NCBI GenBank assembly: GCA_032718475.1
Contig: JAUCBJ010007646.1
Location: 1-40,013 of the forward strand
Direction of reading: 5' to 3'
Origin: Nemertoderma westbladi
Lineage: Eukaryota; Animalia; Xenacoelomorpha
Length of the DNA: 40,013 nucleotides
Part shown: positions 10,943 through 23,005 of the stretch, piece after piece
Layout: the number at the start of each line of letters is the position of its first letter
Position numbering within the stretch: the first letter of the stretch is position 1
The notes under the pieces: generated by a model
The model's database searches: none
What the model saw: only the letters and a program-made list of their open reading frames with translations
Told to the model about the DNA's origin: nothing
Made by a program: the position numbers and the translations under genes

Positions 10943-13540
10943 ATGACGACGAATAACGTCTCTGATACCGATGAGATGGACCCCCACACAGACTCGGAAG
11001 CTGACGAGGTGCCGAATGTGAAGAACATGGGTCGTCGACTGGGAGCTCTCAAAGGCGGAGTGACTCGAGCATACCAACGTATAGAGAAACAACTAAGGGG
11101 AGTCGAAACCCCCCTCAACGAGATACAGACTCAGCTACAGAATATCCGAAGTATCTTACAACGATATGAGAGGATGATACAGGCATACCAAGAACTCATA
11201 CCCGCCACCGATCAGGTAAACTACCCCAAACTCGAAGAACACGTCGCACATTTGGACGAGTTCCGGAAGCAACATCGGAGGACCCTCAGCCTTGTAAGAG
11301 GCTACGAGGAACAGTACTATAAGAGAACTGAAAGGACAGACGCAGAATCGGTGCGGACCTCCAGCACCAGGACAGCAATTCATCGAAAGAGAACGGGGTC
11401 CTCGAGGCACCAACACTCCAGCGCTAGGAGCGAGATGTCCGGTTCAGCGCGCAGTTCTCAAGGGGGTCAGCCACTCCGAGATCAGTTACGAGAACAGAGG
11501 GCATTGGCCCTTAAAGCTCGAATGGAAGACGAATATGTTCAACTGCAGATCGAACAGGATGTATTGGCAGCCGAAATGCAAAAACGAGAGGCCAAACAAC
11601 AGGCCAAACAACGTAAACGAGAGGCCGAACAACAGGCTGAACAACATAAACGAGAGGCCGAACAACAGGCCGAACAACGTAAATGAGAGGCCGAACAACA
11701 GGCCGAACAACGTAAACGAGAGGCCGAACAACAGGCCGAACAACGTGAATGAGAGGCCGAACAACAGGCCGAACAACGTGAACGAGAGGCCGAACAAGAG
11801 GCCGAACAACGTAAACTAGATGCAGAAATGTGTAAACAACATGCCGAGGCCCAAGCGATTCTCATCCATAAAAAGAATGCGGATATTGCGAAACTCGCGG
11901 AATATGAAGCCGCACTCATAGAACGAGATCTTCAATTATACGAGGACTGGGAAAGGGGTATAGAACATAGCTATGAACCAATAACGGTCCCGGAACTAGA
12001 GAAGTCATTTACGCCACCGGCGGCGAAACCTCTGAAACCCGAGTTCCCGCCAACCATACAGTCTACGTTATCGGCACAAGCTCCGGTATTCCATCCCCCA
12101 CCGGTTACGCTTAAGAATGAGGAACCTTATTTCCCATCCAACCCCATGGTACCGAGCGTTCCCAAGTACGAGCCTGAAAAGGACTCAGAACGGGACGCCA
12201 CCCCTCGATCCAACAACCCGTTTACATCTACACCACAAATCCGTAACCGCGTCATCATTAAAACTCCACCTCTCATCGATCCATCGTGCATGGGAGAGAG
12301 TGCTAATAACTATAACCCTCCTAGTCATTCCAGTTCAGATGACGTCGGCATTATCTGGGCATTGGAAAACCGCCTGGCCATGCCCAAGATGGAGATCCGC
12401 ACCGTCGAAGGAGACCCCGTTGGATTACCTCGGATTCAAGAAACGGTTCTTCACTCAGATTGGGTCAACGGATATAACCGACGCACAAAAACTGGTATAT
12501 TTATCCCAATACCTGGGTGACAAACCACGTCGAATCATTAAATGTTTCGACGGAGGATCTCATGAAGCATACTATGACGCATGGAAAACTCTAGACAAAA
12601 GATACGGAAATATCGGGACTATAATTAATAAAACTCTCGAGAAACTGATACAGGACGCGGGATCCCTAGGGGACCCACAGAATATCCAGGAATTCTCGGA
12701 TTCCATGAAAGATGCCTACTACACTCTAAAACCATTAAATAAGGAGGAACAAGTAAACAACATTCTAAACCTCCGACAGATTGCCCAAAAGTTCCCCGGA
12801 TGTCTACAAAGCAAGTGGGCGTATAAATGCGTAGATCTCCGACGCAGACGCCCAGATTGAGATCCCAGTTTCCTCAAAATGTCGGCATTCCTAGATGATA
12901 TCTCCAAAGCCATGAATGACTCGATGTTCTCCAAACAAAGTCTCTCCAAGTTAGACGGAATAGAGAACAACTCCAGGAGCAGGACAACCACTCCGAAACC
13001 GAGATTCTGTCCCCCTCCGGTGAGTACGATGGCCATCACCATGGCCGAGGATTGTGACGACGAGGACTACGAGGAACCGACATCAGCCGAGGAATGGGTG
13101 TGATATCTAGCGAATTGGGCACCTGAAAGGGAAGGCACCACAACCTCCCTTCTATGTCTTTTCTGCGGAGAGAAACATAAGGTGGAATTCTGCAGAAAGT
13201 TCCAGTTTGCTGAACTCGTCCCACGATTCGAGGCGATAATGAAACACCGAGGATGCTTCCGGTGTCTCGGAACAGGTCACTATGTTCGGGATTGCGACCA
13301 AAGATCATGCTGCGCGGTCTGTAATGACCTACGTCATCACACACTCCTCCACATCCCCGCGAACTTTGACTTTACCACCCTCCCCTTTCGGATCGAAGCC
13401 AAACGAAGAGGAGAAATGAACCACGTCTCTAAAGGAACCCGGATGATTCAACGGAGGGAAACCAATCCGTTTAAAACCTCCACCGATGTATCACAAGTGA
13501 CAAATATCTCGGCTACGATCAACCTTATAAATCGCCGTTC
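10943..13540 (+). pseudogene. gag: BEL/Pao gag, disrupted
   Basis: Coiled-coil N-terminus; DUF1759-like region (GDP...F...KLVYLSQYL...AWKTLDKRYG); three Cys/His knuckles CLFCGEKHKVEFC, CFRCLGTGHYVRDC, CAVCNDLRHHTLLH. Stops at 11684, ~11750, 12858, 13101; frameshift near 12415. Confidence 0.9.
11582..11812 (+). repeat. 7 x 33-bp coding tandem repeat (KREAEQQAEQR) in gag
   Basis: Unit aaacgagaggccgaacaacaggccgaacaacgt. Confidence 0.93.
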
Positions 13541-16500
13541 ATGGTCTTTGCCAAAGTAATCCCAGTAAGAATTCAAGGGGTCGGGAAATCCTTGACAACG
13601 CTCGCATTCCTTGACAACGGGTCGGACGGAACCATCATCGACCGAGATTTCCTCGAACAACTTGGCCTAGACTATGAACCTTGCAAACTGCCCATACAAA
13701 CTATCACCGACCATAGAGAAGTAGAGTCCGGGGAGGTGCAGCTCCAGATGGAAGGAGTCATGAAGGGTTACGAGACGGTCAAGCTGACGATCATGAACGC
13801 CTTGGTACACACCGATCTCCGAGTGCGGTTCCGACAATCGGCTGAATACGCACCCCTCATACAGCTAGACCGGGAAGATGTAGACCTACGATGTCCACCG
13901 TTGGACGTGAACCGAATCACCCTATTGATCGGACTAGACACACCGGAATTACACATACCCACCAGAGACGTCGCCCGATCTGTAAAGCCGGATGACGGCT
14001 TTTATGCCGAACGCACGATCATGGGATGGACACTCTGCGGCATCAAGGAGGAGATTACAGACACCTATACATATCTCCCTAAATGTCAGATTAAAGAGAA
14101 TGCAACATCCATGGGTTATTGTTCAGCAACAGACTTGGACGAGGATTTATTCCTAGAGACGGAAAAAACCCAGCAGGAAATGACCAAATACTTTAATCTA
14201 GAGACCCAAGAGTTTGCTGAAAAGGACAAGAACCCGTCCGAGGAAGATCAATATTGTATTACGTCCTTGATCAGGCCACGTTCAAAGATGGACATTGGTG
14301 TTTGCCCATGTTGTGGAAAGACCCAGATAAACCGATGGCAAATAATGTCAACATGGCCCTTAGGCGGCTCAAAGGAATCCTACGCCGGTTGAATGAACAA
14401 CCCGAGATAAAGGAGAAATACAACAATGTAATCAAAGGATATCTAGAAGATGGATTGGCGGAAATGGTACCCCGGAATGAACTGCAAGGGGGTAGACGGA
14501 CATATTATCTCCCAACCCACTATGTGGTAGAAGCCCGGAAGGGCGGGAAAATCCGAGTAGTGAATGATGCTGCTGCTATGTACCAAGGCGAATCCCTGAA
14601 CAGCCAACTTTATACAGGGCCCAACATATACAGTACACTTATCGGCGTGTTGATCAGGTTCAGGGAAAACCGGATAGCATTCACATGCGACATCAAAGCG
14701 ATGTTTCACCAGGTCCGAACGCTACCAAGAGACTCAGACTGTCTGCGTATATTATGGACGGATAAAACATTAACTCCACAGGAGATAAGTCAACTCACAT
14801 TGAAGGATGTGGACGTAATGCGCATGATTGTCAGGATCTTCGGCGCTAAGGACTCGCCGGTAGCATGTAGTGACATGCTGAAGAAAACAGCGACTATGTG
14901 CGAAAACGAGTTCCCTCCGACAGTCATAGAAACCATCCGACGATGCTTCTACGTGGACGACGGATGCGCCGGTGCCGATAATGTTGACGAGGCATATCAG
15001 CTGGCGATGGGGATGGTGGAATGCTTAAAGAAAGGAGGTTTCCCTCTCGTAAAGTTCAGATCCCACGACAAGAAACTTATAGAAAAGCTTCCGGAGGAAA
15101 TCAGACTGGACAACAATAAAATGTATTCCGAGGATGTGGATCACCGTGTACTCGGCATTGAATGGGACATAGAATTGGATGAATTCATCTTCAAATATAA
15201 CCCCCTACCCAAGCCCATGACAAAAAGGGGATGTCTGTCCATAAAGAGTGCTATATTCAATCCACTAAACTTCATATCCTCAGTAACATTAGCCGGAATG
15301 AACTTGATCAAGGAAATGTGGATAGAAGGACTGGGATGGGACGAAGAACTCCCCCCACACCTCAGTGTCAAATGGAGAAAGTATGACGGAACAATTCGAA
15401 TATCTATATCTTATGCGGATCCCTCGACCGTTCTTCCTCGATAAACTACCCACCGATATATTCCAGCTCCATACTTTCTCGGATGCTTCAAATACCGGAA
15501 TCGGCGTAGTCACTTTCCTAAGAAGACTAAGTCAGGATGAAAACAGCGATACGAGCTTCTTATTTTCCAAGGCTAAGACAGTATCCGGGGAATTCGTAGC
15601 AACGATACCGAGACTCGAGCTACAGGCCGCAGTTTAGGCAGTGAGACAGAACCGCATGGTCATGCGGAACCTACGAATCCCCATCGAATCGCAACATTTC
15701 TGGGTCGATTAGAGTATCGTTCTCTACTACCTCCACTCACCATCACGGCGACACACCACGTTCGTAGCGAACCGAGCCACAGAGATAAAACAGTGCACCG
15801 GCCGAGAACAGCGGCACCATGTAAACGGGAAAGAAAATCCAGCGGACCTATCGAGCAGAGGCGCCACCCCAAAACAACTCGGTAAAAGTAAACTCTGGCT
15901 CACAGGCCCGGAATTTCTACAGCAGCCACAATTAACCTGGAGTACCCGATTCGATCCCGAACTCGATAGTGGAAAATACTCCGAAGACGACAAGGAGATC
16001 CGTAAAGTCCATAGAAGCACCACAGTGGAGATCTATAGTTGTCTGACCGAGCTTGCAAAGGACTCGGGCAGGCACTATAACATCGCGACTATCACGCAAC
16101 CAGCGGCGTCTTTACAACTATTGATAGAGCGAACCTCCTCAATGAAATGTCTCATCCACCATGTATTAACCCTTCGCAACTTCCTGCGGTGGAAGAACAA
16201 CAAACCGATAGTTCGAAGAAGTATACAAGAACTCATTATCGCGGAGAAGTGTATTGTTAGATATGTCCAGAGAGAAAATTTCCCCGATGAGTGGGAACAA
16301 CTCAGTGCGGGCAAGACCTTGAAACCGGACAGTCCAGTCTACCAATTGAGACCAATGATGGGAGAGGACGGACTGATTCGACTGAATACCCGGATGGCAA
16401 ACGCCCCAGTTGAATATGAAGTCAAATACCCAGCGCTTCTGCCCGGAACGTCAACACTAGCCAAGCTATTAATCCAACAGTGTCACGAGGAAAGCCATCA

Positions 16501-17656
16501 CGCGGGACAGAGCTGGATTATGGCTAATATATGGCAAAGATATTGGATCACCCACATCCAGCCACTGATCCGGAAAGTGTTAAAACGTTGTTTTCCCTGC
16601 AGAAGATATCTAGTGCCACCACTCACACAAAGGATGGCCGACTTACCAGCCACACATCTACAGTCCGATTCCCCACCGTTCTACGTAACCGGAGTAGACT
16701 GTTTCGGACCATTCACGGTCATCGAGTGACGATTCAACATCAAATGCTGGGGAGCCATCTTTACATGCCTTAGGTCTAGGGCAATCTACCTAGACATTGT
16801 GGTGAACCTTACGCAACACGCATTTATCAACGCCCTGCATCGGTTCGTGGCGAACAATGGAACATGTCGTCATATGTACTCCGATAATGGTACAATCTTC
16901 GTGGGAGGAGAAAGAGAACTTAGAGAGGCGATCGAAGGATGGTTCACCGAGGACACCGCATCCCAAGTCTGGAGGGAACACCATATACAGTGGCACTTCC
17001 AAACACCCTTAGCACCCCATACGAGCGGAGTGTGGGAGAAGCTCATCAACTTGGTAAAACGATCCATGCGCGTCGCATTAGGAGACACCCGGGTAACCCA
17101 CGACACCCTCCGCACAACATTCTGCGAGATCACGGCTACCCTAAACAACCGGCCCATCGTACCTATCCACGACGACCCCACAGATCTGGAGCCTCTCACT
17201 CCTAACCATCTACTCGGAAGACCCAAACCCCGCATTCTTCCAGAGACGATGTTTCCGGATCCCAACGATATCGCGAGACATACCAATTGGAAGAAGGCCC
17301 AAGCGTTGGCAGCGCATTGGTGGAGAATCTGGGCGCAAGAGTACCTCATAACCCTCCGGACTAGTAGGAAGTGGAACAACACCTATAGGAACATCGCAGT
17401 TGGCGACATGGTGCTAGTGAAGGAAGACCTTAAAGACCGCGTCCACTGGCCTGTGGCGCGAGTCGTGGCAATAAACCCAAGTAAAGACGGACTTGCGAGA
17501 ACTGTGACGATACGAACGGCAAAGGGCCACTACCAACGCCCTATCCAGAGGCTGTGCCTTCTTGAAGGCAATGACAGTGGTGACTCTACGAGAGGTGATA
17601 AGTTCCCTACTCAGGATCCTGCTGCAGACATTGGTGACAATGCTAAACCCATTTAA
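13541..17656 (+). pseudogene. pol: BEL/Pao pol (aspartic protease, RT, RNase H, integrase), disrupted
   Basis: AFLDNGSDGT; KIRVVNDAA, DIKAMFHQV, FYVDD; FSDAS, TIPRLELQAA; integrase H..HH...CxxC, DCFGP, SDNGT, WEKL; C-terminal WWRIWAQEYL...RPIQRLCLL. Several frameshifts and stops. Confidence 0.95.
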
Positions 17657-17920
17657 ACCCTTCTCATCCTGTTGACAAACTCTTTAAACTGTGATTTATC
17701 GACAATGAATAATGGACCCCCTTAAACCAACTGTAACCACGCAATGGTATTTGTGTTTCCTCGTGTGTTATGTGGAGTCCAGCGTCACCCTGCAGATGTT
17801 TCGACTGACGCAGGGTCGTTTAGGTATTGTTAAGCCTGATTTTGGTCATTGGGACCAACGACATTGGATTATGGTAAAGATTTGAAGTGGAATTCATTGT
17901 ATCCATTGTATTATGTTGTG

Positions 17921-18345
17921 TTGTCCGTTGCGTGCGCAGTTCGGGGCGTAGGTGGTGTAACTAGTCCAGCTGTAGATCCCGGATTGCCGCGCAACACCCC
18001 CTCTATCCCGTTATTCTGGTGGGTCCATGGTACATCCACATGACTTCGTCGATAGAGGTTTTATGTTTCTCAGTCGCGTTATTCTGGTGGGACCGTTGCG
18101 TGGATTTTGGGGCGTAGGCGGTGTAACTAGTCCAGATGTAGATCCCAGAATGTTGCGTAACCCCATCCCACATGACTTCTTCGGCTGAGCTTTATGTTGT
18201 TGGGAGTGTTATTCTGGTGGGTCCCTGGTGCATTCCACTTGACTTCACTTCCAGCGTCTTCATTGTCCGTTACGTGTGTAGTTTGGGGCGTAGGCGGTGT
18301 AACTAGCCCAGCTGTAGATCCCAGATTGCCTCGTAACACCCCTTC
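17921..18345. repeat. Three diverged ~170-bp direct repeats between pol and the extra ORF
   Basis: Core ggggcgtaggYggtgtaactagYccagMtgtagatccc at 17943, 18109, 18285; ttattctggtggg recurs three times. Confidence 0.85.
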
Positions 18346-18892
18346 CACAACGAAAATTTCCCAAAGAAGATGGTTGAATGTAGTTGGAAATGATGAAAAG
18401 AAACAGACAACCCTTCTATAAACTGAATGATGACGCGTATGATGATGAAAATGTAATGATGCGCACCCTGGTGCTGCGCTTATAACAAATGATGATAGCC
18501 GGGGGGTTATAACCCCAATGATGATATGGCAATAAATGAAATGTGTAATAAATGTGGAAATAAATGATGAAATGTGGAAAGAAATAATGAAATGTACAAT
18601 GAGCAATAAATGAGAAATGAAAAAAGACAAAAAAAATGTATAAAATGTAGAAAGGAAAAGAATTGGAAAAAGAAGAGGACATAAAAAGTCAAAACTGGTT
18701 GGATATTAATGTATAGCTATAGTAACTGTAAATGCTGAATATATTAGCAATAAGATGGTAGATGCCTATATAGCAATGTTATTTAATAAACTGAATTACA
18801 AATAATCTGAATTATTCTGCAGTCACTATAGTATCAGACTTTCTGGATTTATAATTAACTGATGTAAATTTGCAACGGACATAATCGAAAAT

Positions 18893-21493
18893 ATGGACCC
18901 AAATCGACAAATTATCAGCGAACTACGTAATATGATAGATTTACTGGAATATCCACAACCTGGTTCCCCTAACTTTGATACAAAATGGAACGCCCTGATA
19001 AATGAGCATGTGCGAGTCGTTAAAATCTCCGGGCGAGAGGGACCGGATTCCCGGAATCTACGAGACCTCCGGTTGTCCGATGCTAGTACGAGACTGAAAA
19101 GAACTCGGAACGCAAAGGCAACCGGAGGAGATGAGCTGTCGTTCTGGGAAACGTTCCGGCAAAGCGTTTACAAATCCCGATGTTTGATATACGACAACGA
19201 GGGAAACGCGACGCCCACCTCGAAAGTGATTACATTGGCGCAATGCCAAAGTTTCGTCGACGACAAGAGTATGTACCTCACCCACTGGGGAAACCTAGCG
19301 GAGTGTACGGCAACGCTGTGAGAGGAACGTATATCAGTTATCCAGAATCGCTACGACTACCAGGAGAAGTACGGGACGAAGGAGTACGGTCGATCCTTGG
19401 TCGTTGTCCTCGGAACCCTAGACGGTTTGGTGTTGGTATGTCGAATATTTCCGACACCCAAACAGGAGGTGCGGACAGCCGGAGCAATCTGGCTACTACC
19501 ACCTGATATCCAAAAGATCCTATTTGACTTCGACATTATTAAAATCGGGTCGGATATAAAGGCAGACATCCGAAACGACTATGCGAACGCTCCTTTCGGA
19601 AGAAACTGTCGAGAAGATCTTAACGCCATTAGTCATTGCGTCGACACCCAAACACTTCTAGCCTGGTTGCGATCCGCCGACTTCATGCGAGGATTCCGAG
19701 AAGTGAGACGGACGAAATCCGGTATCGGCTACCTCGCAGTGCTAAACGGCGGTATAGACTTTAAACCCCAGAAATTCCAGGACTATAATAAGATATATGG
19801 TGGATACCCGGGATTAGAAATAAAGAGTGAGCGAGAGAGTCGCTGGAAGGACGTTGAAAGAAAGTGGACGATCCACCACAAGTGGGAGAATCCGGAGCGA
19901 CGGAACTACATCTACGTCATTATGGAATCCTACACAGTCGCTAAGTTCATATGTAAAACTCTCGATAGCCTCATTACGGCGGTTCCTAGTTCCTTTATCG
20001 ACTATGAGTGGAACGAAGTTATCAACCACGCGTTCAAAGCAGTAGAGAATATTTCACCGGGAGAGACGAAAACGCTCACAGCCATCGCATCCTGGGACGA
20101 GAATGGGCCGTTCAACATCCCTACGATTACCGATCTCTTCGGTGCGGAGGAACCTCTGATTTCTTCGGATGGGGAAGAATTATGGCTACAGGAAGGTGTT
20201 CTACTGTCCACCCCAAAGCGACAACTCGATCCGGAAGCCGCGTCCGAACCGGCCGCCAAACCGGTCGCCTCGGCCGAACCTGCGACGGAAGCAGGTGTTT
20301 CAACCCCACTTGGCTCCGGTAGCCCCGCGAGGGAGTTAGTCACTACCTTCGCGTCACTACTACTTCGGCGACATATGTCAGAGGTTATCTCCATATCCGT
20401 TCCCGGGTGGTGAAGACTGGTCTTCGGAGATTCCGAGTACCAGCACCCAACGGACCCGCTCAGCAATACTGGTTGAAAAGGGTCCTAGCGCTGCGCCGAC
20501 TCCCGAAGATCTCCTCGGAATCCCTCCGTCGAAAACCCCGGCACCTCTTCGCCAACCAGCGGTGGCAACTACCCCCTCCGTTCCACAGGATCCGATGCGA
20601 CTTACCCGATGGTACACCGAGCAGACCGAATGGATCCACCGCCAGAAACGGTCACACGAGATGAGTCCGGCAGGATATAAGGAAGGTTATCGAAACGAGA
20701 ACATACTACGCCAGAGCACAGCTTTTCGCGGGCTACCGGCCACAGCGAATATTCCTAAAAGCGACCGACGACTCGAGTATCACGCCGGCGTCCCGACTCC
20801 AATATTCTTCGGCCGGGAGATGCAACTGGAGGTGTGCGAAGACTGCGGTTCGGAGCAGTGCCCACGCGGTAGAAAAAATCGGGTTACCGAGTCGTGCCTC
20901 CAGCTCCTCGGGATACTTTATTGTCCCTATTGCGAGACATCGGGCCACGATGTTTCAGTTTGTCCGATCCTTTATAACCTCTGCACAACTTGCGGTTTCC
21001 GGGGACATTCCGCTAGCCCCCGCTGTAATATAAAATGTCCTACGAAAGATGTTACCGCTATGGGCAATATGGTTATGTTCGAAACCTACGCAAACAACCA
21101 CGTAAAGACCAAAGTACGGAGAAACGCTCGAAATATCGCGCAAGAGATGGCTGCGGGTATTTTTCGTTCCCGGAACGCCTCCATACGACAGCGGCGCTAC
21201 CATTCCATTACATGGATCTGTTGCTAAGCGCTGGATTATTCGGCCCATTCGAGATCCTTCGGCGTTTATATTCATATAAGGAAGAGTTCGGCGATGGAAA
21301 GTGGTTCCTAGAGGCACGCACCACCGAGTTAGAAAGACGAACAGATATGATCCCGCTACCATCGAAAGGAAGAGCTGCCAGGAGACAAGCCGAAACGTTG
21401 CTCACGATGGATGTTGACGCTCCCCTACCAGCACTAGCGATCGACGAGAGTCGACGGGCGAAGAGGAGAAAGGCGTATCAGAGTAAGAAATAG
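18893..21493 (+). pseudogene. Accessory ORF (~870 codons): DEDDy 3'-5' exonuclease (WRN/RNase D-like), Pro-rich linker, CCHC zinc knuckles
   Basis: ExoI LIYDNEG (19193); LPPDIQKILFDFDIIKIGSDIKAD with ExoII D at 19565; VDTQTL; W..YVIME as ExoIII (19913); CPYCETSGHDVSVC and CTTCGFRGHSASPRC. Reconstructed across a TGA at 19319 and inferred frameshifts near 20340-20410 and ~21160. Confidence 0.72.
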
Positions 21494-21663
21494 AGGACCA
21501 GGATATTCCAGGAACATTTATATCGAACATTTATTTTTTATATTTACATAAACAAACTCTAGGCCAAATTAATCAAGACTATGCAATATTAATATTTTGG
21601 GTTTTTTATATGGGAAATGACCTACGCAAACTCGATCTACCGATAGACCTCACAAAGGTCATT

Positions 21664-21671
21664 GGGGGGGA
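21664..21671 (+). promoter_or_regulatory. Polypurine tract
   Basis: GGGGGGGA one base upstream of the 3' LTR TGT. Confidence 0.8.
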
Positions 21672-21672
21672 C

Positions 21673-23005
21673 TGTTCGCGGTATTTCAACTTTTCCTAAC
21701 GCGAGTTGAATATTTTTTGGATTTATTTTAAATGAATATTCCGATATCACTACTGGGTGCGGGAACATGGGTTTTGGGCACATTCAATGGACTGGGGGCG
21801 CTTTATGGGCGAATATAAGTAATCAGTATCAGTATCATCTAATAGTAATCAGGCAAACCTGAATACTGCTTAACTTTACCTCCTACCCCTGGCCCTTAAA
21901 TACATGAAATGAGTCCCATACCCCGTAAGTCGCCCCGACTTACGGGGTACGGGACTCATTTCATGTATTTAAGGGCCAGGGGTAGGAGGTAAAGTTAAGC
22001 AGTATTCAGGTTTGCCTGATTACTATTAGGCCTAGCCAACTTCCTGCTGCCTGTAGAGCTGGATTTGGTAACTCGCTAGGTCTAAAGGACAAGGACTGCC
22101 CTTAGCGGTCCCTGGCCAACAGCAGTTATTACGAGCCTGAAAAGGACATCGGAAAGTCTGCTGCTTGTGTCAGGGATTTGCGACGGGAACCGACAACAGA
22201 CCCCTAGCCAAGCCGTACTGGTTCCTGATTACCGATCCCTTCGGGGTTCGAGAAGGGTGGGATGGACACGCGAACGGGTCGACCGACTAACGGAGGAAGG
22301 GTTCGACGAGGACTGCCTTCCTGGAGTGGACTGGACTCTACTGGCCTACCGACTGTTTGGAGCAGCTTCTCGGCTGCCGAAGCGACTACGAGCCTGAATA
22401 AGGACTCGGAAAGCCTAGGTGGTTGGGTCCCTGCGATGAACCGACGGACCCCTAGCCAAGCCGTACCGCTTTCCTGATGACCGATCCCTTCGGGGTTCGG
22501 GAAGGGTGGGACGGACACGCGACAGGGTCTACCGACTGGACCGACCCTTAGCCAAGCCGTACTGCTTTCCTGATGACCGATCCCTTCGGGGTTCGGGAAG
22601 GGTGGGACGGACACACAACAGGGTCGACCGACACCGACACTACGGTACCGAGACTAGGACCGGGGGAAAATTGGGGAACATTAGTTAGGCTAAAATCTGA
22701 GCGAACAGTGGGTAATTAAATAATGTACTGTAGGGATTTATATTGTCGTGTTATATTATTGTGAATATTTGGTGTATATTGGTTTGGGGAAGCCCAACTT
22801 ATTCTCAATCAAGGTTCAACTGTAGGGAAGTTACATTAAAGAGTACATCCAACCAATGAAACTTTTCCTCAACCGCAATCTTGCATTTAAGAACGTATTC
22901 CATCTCCACTACCAATATCCGGTGACTGGCCGGGATTCCATAGTCTGAAAAGTTCCGCCTCCAGCATCGGCGTTTTCCCCCATGGTGTCGGGAATAACTG
23001 CAACA
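21673..23005 (+). repeat. 3' LTR (1333 bp)
   Basis: Collinear with the 5' LTR except a net +114 fold-back insertion, a 174-bp deletion (equivalent to 9721-9894) and ~+23 bp near the end. Confidence 0.95.
21839..22029. repeat. Inverted repeat, 94-bp arms, 3-nt loop, one mismatch
   Basis: ctaatagtaatcagg...gtaagtcg-ccc-cgacttac...cctgattactattag. Confidence 0.93.

Larger units (their letters stand above)
9178..23005 (+). mobile_element. Full-length, decayed BEL/Pao LTR retrotransposon with an extra ORF
   Basis: TGTT...AACA LTR pair; 5-bp TSD GTGCT (9173-9177, 23006-23010); PPT; domain order gag-PR-RT-RNase H-IN with BEL-type motifs. Confidence 0.96.

Noticed and set aside
17943-18345. Twister ribozyme or tRNA in the spacer repeats
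   Set aside because: The conserved twister core and a tRNA cloverleaf with T-loop could not be built.
18893-21493. env gene, or Nanos homologue (CPILYNLCTTCG)
   Set aside because: No signal peptide or transmembrane segment; Cys/His spacing fits CCHC knuckles, not the full Nanos motif.
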